Source: Bilabrum cf. latius (Eukaryota). From it: a stretch of DNA of 64,000 nucleotides. The position numbers were made by a program, and so were the translations under genes. Below the pieces are notes generated by a model. That model was not told where the DNA came from. It searched no databases and saw only the letters and a program-made list of their open reading frames with translations. Location: assembly GCA_965178125.1 (NCBI GenBank), contig OZ237750.1, positions 930,001 to 994,000 on the forward strand, written 5' to 3'. Positions 1 through 12,279 of this stretch are shown here, piece after piece (positions within the stretch are counted from its first letter, which is position 1; each line of letters begins with the position of its first letter).

Positions 1-3000
1 CACCATGGCAACCTGCTCGGCCTTGCCACGGACCACCTGCTCCTCGCGTGACACGATGGCGCGCTTCTCGGCAACGGACTCACTCTACTTTGCAAGTTGA
101 GCTAGAAGCTCCTGCGTAGACCGCGCATTCTCCGCTAAAATGGGCTGTGTCTCGGTCATCTGGTCGCGCAGACGTACCACGGTCTCCTCCACGTTCTCCA
201 GGCGGTGAATACCAAGAGTCAGGCGGTAGATAGCCGCGCGCTGCTCGCTACAGCGGTGGCTCAGCCTCGCAGCAAACATCTGCACCAGGTCAAGGAAGGC
301 ACGCGGCGTCACGTACACACGCCGCTGCCGCCCGCCTTTCGCGGCGTCCCCACCGCCGGCGGTCTCACCGCGCAGACTCGCAGCCAGGTCAGCCGCTCGC
401 GTGTGAATAGCCACGCAGGCGTCCACGAGCACGTGCCGCAGCCTCTCGTTGATTTCACTGCTAGATCGGAGGCCCTGTGCGAAGGGGGGCAGCAGCTCGG
501 GTCGCTACAGCGTGTACTCGTCGTCCTCGAGCATCTCGCTGCTACCCATGTCCAGGCCCGTGGCGGCCGCGCTGCCAGCACCGAGCCCGGCAGCGAGCTC
601 GCCCTTGCCCGCGTCTCGACTTTGGGCCTCTGGCTGCGCCCCGGGAATGTGAGGAGCAGGAATCGTAGAAGGGAGGCACACGAGGCGCAGCAGCCTCGTC
701 CCGACCGACGACAGGGCTGCGCGCGGCCATTGCTCGAACCAGTCGATGCTGCAGCAGCTGAGCAGCGACGGGAAGGTCCTCAGTCGCCTCCTGAGCGTGG
801 CGCCCACGGGAGAGGTGGCCAACAATATGTGAAGGTTGGCCCGCAGCCTCTCCACAAACGTAGCGTAGAGGTCGTTCTTCGCCGCTGCTTTGGCAAAGGC
901 ATCCTCCTCGTCCTCATCGTCGTCGTCATCACCAATGTCATCGACCTTGCCTGCTGCGGCAGCCGCCTCCTCCTCAGCCTGCACCTTTTCCTCCAGCAGC
1001 TGCTACTCGTCCGCCAGCACCTGCCCCATGCGGCCGTAGATCATCTCCAGCTCATCCTGCTCCCACAGCCCGGGCACCTCGCCCTGATTCAGCACGCAGT
1101 TCACATCCTCAAAGAGCGCCTCCTCGCCCACCATGGCGTCAGGCAGCAGCATAACCGTCTTCTGCTTCTCCACCCCGGCCTTGAGCATCGCTGTCTTGAG
1201 CGACTCGCGGAAGGTTTCCACCGTGTACGGCACGCCACCTTCTCCTTGCACCACATCGCAACGAGCAATGTATGCGGCGAGGCGAGCCAGCGACTGCTTC
1301 CCGCTGCCTGCCACGCCCACGAGCATGGCATGCCCGCGCGGCTGCGACAGCACGCGGCACAGCCGCACCACGTGCTCGATGGCCCCCCGGAAAAACACCA
1401 ACTGCATGGGACTGCGCGGGTAGTCCAGGTTGTGATCCTGCAGGTAGGCATCCAGCAGTCGACCGAGCCGGCTGGGGTCCGGACACTCCTCGTACCTCAT
1501 CTGTGACTCGTCTTCACCCGGAGTGAAGAAAGACCCGAACACGAGAGGACCGATGGTCGCGCGCTGCGTCTCACCGGGCCTTCCCTTCCCGTGCGGTAGC
1601 TGCACGGAGCTCATCCCCGACACGGACGTGGCGGCGATGGATGCGCCATCTCCCATCGACCTCGGCTCAGCCTCCGAGCCTCCGTCGCCGGCACCCGGCT
1701 GGTCTCCAAGTACACCGAGTGCCTCGGGGCCGAAGAGATCCTCCCAAGTCCACGGGAGTCGGAAATACCGATGTAGCGTCTGGACGAGGGTCGTGGTGAA
1801 CCACGTACGGTCTTTCTCGCTGGCGAGCCTGTCGTGGAACAGCCTCATGCACTCGTGCATCCACAGTCGGGCCTGCACGGGGCCAGTCCCGCACTTTTCC
1901 GGCTGCCCCATCAAGATGCCCTTGAACACACCAGCCACGTCACGCAGGTTGAACATATAGTGTGCCTTGCTGGGCGTAGGCTTCATCTCTGCCGTTACCC
2001 TGCGGTACACAGCGATGGTTGACGACACGATCGTGCTTCCCAAAGCACGCACCTCTGTTGGAAATCCTGTAAAGAATGACGTGAGGATCGTACCGAAGAT
2101 CAGGCGCATGGCCTCGTCGGACGGAGCCGGCATATTGAGCACGGTCATGTGGCGTGAGAAGCGCTCGTCCAGCGTCTGACGGCCACCACTCGGCGGCGCT
2201 CCCGCAGCAAGCATTCCGAAATCTGACACCTTGGACCAGTGCAGCTTGCTGCGGTCGTACCACCCGCCGCTGTCAAGCAGCTGCCGCAGCAGCTCGATGG
2301 GTGGCTGAGCGCCGTACTCCTCCTTGGCCGGCATGTTCACGTCGTCTACGAAGATGACCGCGCGCGTCCCCGACGGAGGTGTCAGCGAGCCCTGGCCCCT
2401 GCGCACGAGCCTCATCTCGATGGACTCCTGCACGATCGTGCTCGAGGTGCGGGCCGACATGACCAGAGACACTGGGTGCGTCCGCTAGGCCGAGACGTAC
2501 TCTGCGCCCACCCCGGCAAGAAGGGCCTGCCTATGAGCGTCTTTCCCATCGCCGTCCTCCTTGCCCTCCCGCCCGCTGGCTCTTGGCGTTCCAGCCCCCG
2601 ACTCGGCATGGCTGCTACCATCCTCGTCCTCCAACTGCTGGGCGGTCAGCTCGACGATCTTCGACAGGAGGACGCTCTTGCCCGTGCCCGTGGTGCCGGT
2701 CATGAACACGGGCCGAGAGGCAAGGAACACCGCCCCGTCCTCGGGGAACTTGTAGTCCCAGCCGTCCTCCACCGTCGCGGCTGCCGCTCGCTCGAGCGCC
2801 GTCCCCCGCCCCCCTGCTCCGAAAGCAGATGAGCTGGGCGTCTTGGGAGTTGTCGGCTTCTTCTTCGGACTGCCGCTTCCACCAGAGCCGCTCGCACCGG
2901 CACCGGCACCTGCAGCTCCACCAGCGACCCATCCGACGGGCAGCCCAACTCGGTCGTGGATCGGGGCCATACCCTTGGTATGGGTCTCGAGGAACGCCGG

Positions 3001-6000
3001 GCCAAACGAAAGCAGCTGTGTGAGTCGGCCGAAACGGACCGTATCAGAAGTTGGCACGATCAGCGATGAGAGGACTGCAGGGTCGTTCGAAGGGTTCACC
3101 TGCGGGACAACATCGCGCCAGGGCCGAAACAAACCAGCCTCAAGCCCCTCTTCGACTCGTACGAAAAAGTCGAAGCACATGCCGGCTGACGGCAAGCCTG
3201 CCTCGATGCCAGCCCGTCGCAGTCCGTCCCGCATGGCTTTGTCAAACCCTCGCCAGTGATCTTCGGCCAGCTGACCGCCCACTGCCCACGTGGCGGCAAA
3301 GGTGGCCAATCTGTCCATGAGGCGCACGGCCTGTGTCAGGTCCTTGTCCCAGCGGACCCCATCCTTTTCGATGTCCGCGATGCAGGACTGCAGCAGCGCC
3401 AGACATGAGACGACGGCAGCCGTGCGCCCGCTCTTGATCGGCACCTCGGCCTCACTCTCTACAAACTTGAAAAGAGCGGGGAGGGTGCCCAGCAGCACGT
3501 ACTGCAGCCGGACTCTGCAGGCCTTTGGCAGGAATGCGCGCGCAAAGTCACCACCAAGCCACGATCCCACGAGAGGCTCCCAGCCGAGGTCAGTCTCGGC
3601 CACAAACACGACTCCCAGCCGGCTCACTGTCGCCGGAGAGGCATGCTGCAAGTCGCCCACCTCGAACAGCACGCGCATATGTGGCTTGAGCCTGACGCGC
3701 TCACCGTTGGCCAGGCAAAGCATCTGGTTGTCATCCAGCACAGTGTTGAGACTCTCAATCCACACAGCGTCCACTGGCCCGTCGAACACGATCCAGTGGC
3801 GATCCGGACCCGGGTCCTTGGCCGCTCCTCGCAGCAGAGCAGACGCAACGCCGTCGCTCCACTCCTGTGACACGTCGTTGAACGTGCCGTACAGCTCCTG
3901 CAGAGTCACGCTCTTAGGGTTAAGCTCATGCAGCACAATCCTCGAGGGGTACTCCTCCCTCTCCTTTTTCGCGTCCAGGATGATGCGCCTGCTTGAGGCA
4001 CCGTGCGACAGGCCGTGTGAGCTGCGGCCAGCAGAGTGCAGGGAGCCCTTGCTCGAACTGGCACCGAGGCCGCCCTCTGCTCCAGCGTTGCTGCTCGCCG
4101 CGCGGTATGCCCCGCCGAACATGGGCGATGTGGACACCTGGATGCGGTTTGGCTGCTCACCGCCTGCCCCGCCGCCGGCCTGCTGTGCCACACCGTACGG
4201 GACGATGGAGGAGCTGGATCGGGCGTGGCTGCCCATCCCGGACCTGCCCCCACTCGCGACCGATCCGCCCGCGCCCAGGCCTGAGATCCTGTACCCGAAG
4301 TCCAGCTGCCTGACCTTGTGCAGCGGCAAGCCCTTCTTTCTGGCAAAGTCGCGCTCCGACAGGTCGGTCATCGCAGCGGCCAGCACACGCCGAATCGTTG
4401 ACTTGCCCATGCCGGCTGGGCCCACGATCGCCGCACCGAATCGCACGTCCAGAGTGTCCCTCAGCTGCTGCGTCTTAGTGATCTGCCTCTCGACCACCTG
4501 CAGCCCATTACGCTTCACCTCGTCCAGCACAGATTTGCGGAGCTTCTCATCCGCCCTGTACGGCAACACGATGCCAGGGAACAAATCGCCCACGATGGCA
4601 TGGAAGAGCGGCAGGTCCTCGGCAAGAAACTTGGGCACGTTCGCATCCCGCATTGCCTTGATCAAAATCGCGTCTTCCGCAGACGAGACGGCTGGGCTCA
4701 CGTCGCCGCTGCCACCGGACCCAGCACCACCCGAGGGCGTAGGGGAGAAGCCTTCTCCATCCATGCCCGCACCAGCCCCACCGCCTGCAGTTGGGCTGAA
4801 TGGCGAGAAAGGGATACCTCCTCGGCCTCGTCTAGGCTTCTGGTCCTCCAACAGCTGGCCACCCTGCTTCCGCCTCAGGTTGCCAGCCATCACCAGCACG
4901 CTCTTCACCGCGCGCAGGCCGAAATCGTAATGCTTCTGCTGGCTGAGCTGCTCTGATGACAGCTTATAGAGCTTGGTCATCTTGCGACTCAGCGACCGGG
5001 CCGTGCGGAATCCCTACGCAAACAAGAGCACCTCCGCGATGAGGCTGTAGTCGGGGACCATCATGGCAACCGGTCGGAACAGAGTCTTGAGGTTGTCGGG
5101 CAGCTCGGTTCGGCCTGCGTACCCGGGATTCATGGTGACTATGACGTGGTACTCACGCAGCGAGATACTGCGGCCTTGGAACTGCACCGTATCATCACCT
5201 CTCATGCGGCCCTCCCGCAGCTCCATCATCTGCTGGGCAATCACGGACAGCACCTCGATGTCGATCCTGTTGAACTCGTCAAGACAGCTCCAGGCCCCCG
5301 CCTCGGCAAGCCCCGCAAAGAGCTGCCCGATCATTGTGTGCGTGATCTGCTCCGAGCAGTTAAACACGATGCACTGGATCGCCAGCCCCTTGGCCAGGTC
5401 TTTACTGCTCTCCGTCTTGCCAGTGCCGGCGGGCCCAGCAGGGTTGGCGCCCAGCCGCATGCGCAACGCCCCAGTGATCGTCATCCAGCAGCGGTCCGTC
5501 AGTGGGGTGATCACAAGACGTGTGGTCCTGCCCTCGTACTCGAGGCCATACTTGACTGTTGAGTCTGCCTGCCTTGCTACGCAGTCATCCCCCTCAGACG
5601 CATCGGCGCCCCGTCGCCAGTACATGCGCAGCTGCTGCTGCCACGCGAAGTCGCTTGTCTTCGATACCTCTTCCTGCACCAGCCTCTCAATCACCGACCG
5701 ATTGTGCACGTCGGCCGTGACAAGCGCGGTAGCGGTCGCCCTCTGCAGATTGCTTAGTCTGCCGCGAACCTTCTTTACCAGCATGTCCAGCGCTCGAATC
5801 TGCACCTGCAGCCATGTTGCGAGCGACTAGGCAGAGTCGTGCTATCCGGGAGGACCCAGCACGCTTCCAGACCCCGCCACGCTGCGCTGGGCCGCCCCTG
5901 TCGCGGCGATACTGGCGGCAACGGAGCCGCGGTGCGCCCCCGCCACGGAGGCGGCACCAGTCACGCCAGAGTGCAAACTGAGCCGGCTGCTTGCTCCGGG

Positions 6001-9000
6001 CAAGACCCTCCCCAGAGATGAAGAGTCCCCGGGCTTCAGACCAGGTACCGTGCGCCCCGCGCCTCCGCCACTGCCCAGCAAGGCCAGGATCTGGTGCCCG
6101 CCCCGGCCAGTGATGGCGGCCTCGGTGCCTCTGGCCCACATGATCTGCGACACCGCTGTGATCACCTGCCCAGGCGTGTCAGAGAGCGCAAACTCCTCCC
6201 TGGGAATCTTGAGGAAATCATTAATCCCTTTCTTGAGAGCGCGCTGCAGCTGTGCCTTCATGTTGAGCTCCACATTCCCCAGCCATTCATCCACCTCGCC
6301 GTGCACCTTTAGGTTGCGGCCCAGCTTGAAAGCCTCCCCTTCCGCGCTCACCAGGTGGGTGACGTCCACTGTTCCGCCAGTCACCTCCTCAAGCCGCAGG
6401 CTTGCCACGTTGTCGAACATTTTTTGCACGTGCTGCTGCACTGCTCGAGCGTCCTGCGCATTGCTGAGGATGTTCAGGAGGTCGTCGTTCGACAAGAAGT
6501 AGAATCGCGCGAATGCCCTCCGCTTGCGGTCCAAGAATCTCTCCAGTCCTTTTTGCACGTAGTCCAGCGTGAGGTTGTGCTTCATCAGCTGCTCCCGGAG
6601 CTGGGACCGCGTCACGGTCCGCAGCGCGTTGGGATCCTCCCTGGTCTTCTTCATGATCTCGCGGTATGCCTGGTCCACACCTTGGAAAGCCCGGGCCTCG
6701 CTGGCCAGCTCCTCCTGGATCTTGCTGCGGCCACGCCCGCCAGACATGGAGCCGCCCGAAAACACGGGTTGCAGGTACATCCACTGCCGCTAGACAGACA
6801 CCCACTCGCCCAGCGTCTCCTGCAGCTGGTGCAGCCTAGTCGCCAGCTCGTCCACCTTTGGTCGAATTCTGCCCACGAACCGGGAACCCAGCACCGAGTT
6901 GAGAGAGACGAAGCTCTCATCCAGGGCATCGAAGATATCATCCACTCCGGTCAGGATCTCCACGTCCCGCAGGTCCTTGTAAGGGATCGTGTCCAGCTCT
7001 TTGGTCTCCCATACGCCGCGGATGCGATCCAGCACGGTCTCCAGCTGCGCTTCCTGGGTGGCCTCCAGCGCGACCTGGGATATCTCGGCAGATTTGTGCG
7101 TCACGCCCTTCTCCACCAGCGTGCCGACGAGCACGATGGGCTCGTCGAACAGCCGAAAGCCGCCCAGCAAGCCGTGGATTCTCTCCTTGTGAGACTGCTG
7201 CAAGGACGTGTTCTTGAGGTCGCCCAGCACGGGAGCGAGTTGCTTTACCTCGGACAGCAGCGCCCGCAGCATCGTCAAGACAGGGCTCGACCTCAGCACG
7301 GTGCTACGTCCTGCCACGGCCGCAAATTTAGAGAAGGCCCTCATTTGTGCGCGCATGTCGGCCGGGTCGATTGCCTTGTGGAAATCGCTGTCTAGCCACT
7401 GCTCCATCTTCTCCCTCCAATCGCGGACGGACTGCCAGAGCCGCAATTTCAGGCTCACGTCCTCCTTGAGCTCGTGCAGCTGCGAAAAGTCCGTACGCGT
7501 GAGTCTGAGGATCGTCTGATACCGCGCGTACGTGTCTGCTTCTCGAGAAAGCCGCTGCACGGCATCGTCGACAGACCGCAGGTGCCCGATCGCGTCTTCT
7601 GGCTCCGCCCGCGCATTGTGCACGATCATTTCATCGGCGCGGCGCTTCGTGTCAAGGATGGCGGCGCGCAGCCGCGGCATGGTAGTCTCGAGTTCTCTGC
7701 CGAATCGCGTCTTGTTTGCCTCTACCACGCTCTGCACCTGCTGCACTAGCTGGCCTACCTTTACGTACAGCAGACTCGTCATCTGGTGGGCAGTCCTGAG
7801 CTGCTCCGGGGCGGGGAACTCCTCCTCTTCGATGATCGTGAACAGGTCGTTCACCCTCTCCATGGCCTCTCTCCACTCTTCCTGCTTCTGGGTGGCCTCC
7901 TTTAGCGCGTCGAGCAGGCGGATGAACTCGTGCACGTCTGCGGGCGCCACTTCGAGCTTCTCCTCCGAAGCGCGGAGGTCTTCGTATAGGCTGTCGTTGC
8001 GGGACTTGGCTACAACTGGAAGCACCCGGCTGAGCACACGGAGGAAGCGAGACGGGTGAGGCGCCAGATCGCGCTGCAGCTGAGTGGTCTGGATGTCGAT
8101 CTGTCCGATGGCTCGCAGGGGGCGGATGGCACGGAACCAGGCGTGGTGCACGTGCCTAGACTTGATGAGCTGCCGCAGAACGTGCGTGCTGGTGGCGTCC
8201 ACCCGGTCGTAGCTCAGCCGGCTCGTGTCCGCTGCATCGCGCAGAGCCAGCTGCCGCAACCACTGGAACGCCGCCGCGTACTGACTGGCCGCATCGTACG
8301 ACTCCCTGACGTGGGATACGACCTTGTCCGCCAGGCTGGTGAACAGGTCAGTAGACAAAAGCATCGACTCGACCTGGGAGGCGGGGTCTGAGCCGGACCC
8401 GCCGGCGCCGCCATCGTCCAATGCGGCGCCAGAGGCAGGGACGTCCGAGACGCCCAGGCTGGGGGTCGCGCCGTCCTCAACAATGAAGGCAAGCACGTCT
8501 TGAAAGTCTGCGTGCGCCAGCAGTGACGGCACAGAGGACACCACGCGCACGCCCTGGAAGAGCACGTGCTCGAGTCGGTGCGTCACGAGGTCGCTGGCCG
8601 GCGACAGCCCCAGGCCGAGCCGGTTGCCGTTGTGCCTAACCGTGTCCTCGTACTCATCATCGGCGGCAAGAGGGGGCTCCAGGGCGGGCGCATCGGTGCC
8701 CAGCGGAGGCTTGCGCACGTACGAATCCTGTTCCTCCTCCTCACTTTCCTGCTCCTTCGAATCACCGCCAGTGGCGCCTTTCTTGGCTGCTTTGGGAGAG
8801 CCCGAGCCAGGCTGCTGGTGCGGCTCGGCGGGCTGCAGACTGGCCATGCTGCCCGACTCGGCGATGGCCCGCCGCGCAGCTTCGTTTTCGTCTGCCATGG
8901 CCCGCGCGGCGATTGCATCCTCGGATATCTCGGCCTGCAGCTGCACAGCGAAGAGCGGCGGGGCGGGCCGCAGCCCCTCAAGGCTTAGACTGCGGAGGGC

Positions 9001-11908
9001 CTGCGTAGCCGCCATGGCCGGTTCCTGCGCTACGGTACCAGCCGCGTGCTCGATCGCCTTGGTAGCCTCGTCCTGCGGCATAAAGTGCGCTGGGTCACCG
9101 AGGCTGCCCTCGGGACCCACTGCCCCTCCCAAGGCGGCGTGGCCCTCGGAGTCTCCCGCTGCAGAACTGCCGCCCGCGAGGTTCTCTTCCTCGGTGGCGG
9201 CAGCCGCGCCCTCCGGCTGCTCCTCCTCGATGCCGTCGGAGAAGCGTCCCTCCGAGGCCCCGGGCAGCGCGAGGCCGCCCCCCTTCTGCCGCATCTCGGC
9301 CCAGTACATGCGCTGGTACACCCGCGGGTCGAGGTGTTCCGCCAGCCAGCTGGTGCTGGCGATCGCTACGCTGTACAGCGAGTGCTGCACCATCACGTCC
9401 ACCATGCGAACGAAGCGCGCGAGCCTCCGCCCATGCCTGCGGGTGGCTGCACGCCTGGTGAAGCCGAACGACAGCACTTCACCGGTAGTAGAGGGATCCG
9501 CCAGCATCGCTGCCCTGGTCTCTGTCTCCACATCGACCAGCGAGGAGCCCCCGCCGTACAGACTGGAACCCTGGTCCAGGCCCTGCGGCATGGACCCCGA
9601 GCCTGGTGCGAACCCGCCGGCGCCCCTTGCTGCACTTGAGAGCGAGCCCGAGCCTAGAGATGCCAGGCTACCGTGCTCCGCTGGTCCCATCCCCGGGTGC
9701 GATGCCTGCTGCCGCCCGATCGCCAGCCCAATCGAGGCAGGCGAGGCCGTCAGACCAGCAGCAGCCCCTACCCCGGCCACCCCGCTTCGGGTGGACGGCA
9801 GCCTGGCCAGGATCACGCGAGCCTCCCTGTTCGCGTGCCTCCTCTCCCGGCGGGCCTCCCTTGCCCTGGCTGCCACCCAAGCCGTAGACCCCACCCCTCG
9901 CCCAGAAGCACCCGCACTGGTGTCCAGCTGCTCGGATCCTTGCGCACCGAGTCCACCCCCGAGCTGGTTCCCGTTGTTCCCCGAATCGGGACCCTCTTCC
10001 TGCGCGCCGCCCGCAGCCAGCATCACAGATCCCTGCATGAGGCTGGAGCCGCCCCCGTCCAGCAACGAGCTCTGCTCCCCGTCCACCAACATGCGCTCCT
10101 CGTGCCTCTGGCGGAGCTCCGCAACGGCTTCGTCCACCACGTCAGCGAGGCTGGTGACCCTCCACTCCACGTCATCGTGGTCCAGCTGCCCCATAGTTCC
10201 GAAGCCAGACACGGCCAGCGCGGCGCGCATGGACCGCTCGCACGCAAGCCTCACGCGCTTCCTCAGCGCGTCCACAAATCCGTGAAGTACCACAGCCACG
10301 TCGGACCGCCTCTGCTCCTGCGCCGCCACGAACTGCGCAAGGGTGTAGGTGCGGCCGTACTCTAGGTCGAAGAGGCCGCACTACTCCTGCAGCCTGAGGC
10401 AGCCTGCCCGCACGGCCCTTAGGCATCGCTGCAGCAGCGGGTCCAGGAGCGGCAGCCGGGCGTGCAGCTTGCGCACGGCCCCGTTTCTCTTGTTCCGCTT
10501 GGCCAGGAGAGCCCATGCCTTGAATGCGCGCTGGGAGTGGTACTGCCGGAAGAAGGGCCTCTGCCGCATGAGGTAGTAGAGAAAGTACTCGCGCTCGAAC
10601 TCAGCCAAGGGCACGAACTCGGGTGTCTCGCCGTCCCGGGACCACGTCAGACCCTCACTGGACAGCGTGACGATGCTGCCGCGGGGTGCACGCGCCGCCT
10701 CGTCCGGAGAACAGAGCTCCAACTCGTATTTGAGTCCTCGCGGCGACTTGAGGTACACAAATGACTGCCCCTGGATGTGGGAGGGGTGGAACCTCGGGTC
10801 CCTGCACAGCTTCTGCGAGTAACGAGTGACCAAGGGGAGTAGGGGGGCGATGGAGGGGGGCGATGGGCAGGGATGAAAAAATGGTGCGCGCAAGTGATGA
10901 GCAATGGTAGCGATAGGCAAGGCAGCAATCGGCCAAGCACGCCCAACCCAACCCAATCCAGCCCAACTTCAACCTCAACCAAATACTCACGTCTATGAAC
11001 GACCTGAACTCCCCGATATCGCCCTCGCCCACCTTGTTGGCGGTGCCTCCCAGCCGCTGTTTCTCCGCTGCTGCCTCCGCCACGTGCTCCTCGAGGGCCT
11101 TGCGTCCGGCCAGGCCCTTGCCTTGCCCCTTGCCCCTCAGTGTGTGGTCCAGCTCCCGCTGGTGAGCCAGGAGGGCGCCCACGGCTGAGCCCTTCCCGAA
11201 CGCAGAGTGCTTCATCTGCGCGCGGGCCTTTAGGGCAGCAGTGGCCTCGTCGTCCCCGGAGGCGCCCGATGATTTGCCTTCTTGTCGGAACCGCCGGCTT
11301 AGTGTGCCCGCTGGACGCACGCTGCGCCCGCCTGCGCCCCTCCGCCGACCTCTAGACCCGAACGCGGTGCTAGCTCCGATTCGCTGCCTCGACCGAGTCG
11401 AAGATTTACTCTCGGAATCGCCAAGAGCAGCTGATTTTGAGCTAGATGAAGCTGATCCAAAACCCCTGCTTCCCTATGAGGGTTCCATGAGCGCAGTGGT
11501 GCGAGGCCCAGGAGCTTGTGGCGGTCTGGCTCCGCTAGGTGGTGCCGGGACTCTGGCAGCAGCTGCAGCTTGCTCCTCTGCCTTTCTTGCAAGATCCCTC
11601 GCGCTTTGTGATAATAGATGCTGCCGTGCCAAGTGTGCATCTGGCCTTGTCGTTTTTCCTCGCAGAGTGATCGGCACCGGTTTCCTAGGGGTGAGACCCT
11701 CAGCATCGTGTCCCTATCCGGCACTCATTGCAGGAACAAGTGGCATGTGCAGCTTATCGGATTTCTGTAGTGCTGCTCTAGTACTAGGAAGACTCGGATC
11801 TGCGACGGACAGTCTCGTTGCTAGGTCGGCCGCGAGTTTTGCATGGGCTTGCCGCTCCTCCGGGGTCCAGTCCTCCACGCGAGGGCTGCGCGGGGAACGA
11901 GCAGCCAT
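1..11908 (-). CDS. Axonemal dynein heavy chain, inner-arm DNAH6-like; runs off the window at position 1 (3' end missing)
   Basis: ATG at 11908 and one phase-0 intron at 10990-10813 (GTGAGT...CGCAG). The supplied ORFs 10381-10956, 6790-10329, 5842-6780, 5014-5805, 2485-4980, 1003-2472, 505-984 and 85-432 share one frame and each ends at TAG; 11 in-frame TAGs in total. Motifs: AAA1 GPAGTGKTE, CLDEFNRIDIEVLSVIAQQ, MNPGYAGRTELPDNLK, QKHYDFGLR; AAA2 GPAGMGKS, FDGPVDAVWIESLNTVLDDN; AAA3 GTTGTGKS, YGAQPPIELLRQ; AAA4 GVAGSGKQSL; stalk-proximal YVTPRAFL. Confidence 0.95.
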
Positions 11909-12279
11909 TCCTCTAGCTTTGCAATTGATTTGTTTTTACGTCCTAGAACGTGTATGCGAAGAATGGACTGTCGGTGCTTCGGTTCAACTTCTGAATCCGT
12001 CAACGGAATATCGGCCGGCGGTCGCAACCGTTTGAGTACGGCCGGGCCAGTGGTCGCTCAAGTCTTGTAGCTGCATCGACCGGCGAGCGGGCATTGATAC
12101 TGTTGTTGGCGTCACACATGAACAAGTAGAGGTAAGCTGAGACTTAGGATGCTCCTTTACCGGTACTCGGTCAATGCACAGGGCGCGAATCTCCCCAATT
12201 CTCAGATTGCCAGCGAACCTTCAATGTCGAACGTTCGTTGATCAATTAAATCTTGGAAACGGCAAATCCTGGTGATACC
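11909..12279. promoter_or_regulatory. Putative bidirectional promoter region, dynein / CASP
   Basis: 371-bp, AT-richer interval between divergent ATGs. Inferred from position only. Confidence 0.4.

Noticed and set aside
3290-4930. Long antisense or alternative-frame ORFs (also 205-1506, 8624-10285, 52064-54484, 57470-58897, 24428-25717)
   Set aside because: These are shadows of real genes on the other strand, expected at high GC. They have no recognisable motifs and an Arg/Ser/Ala/Pro-biased composition.
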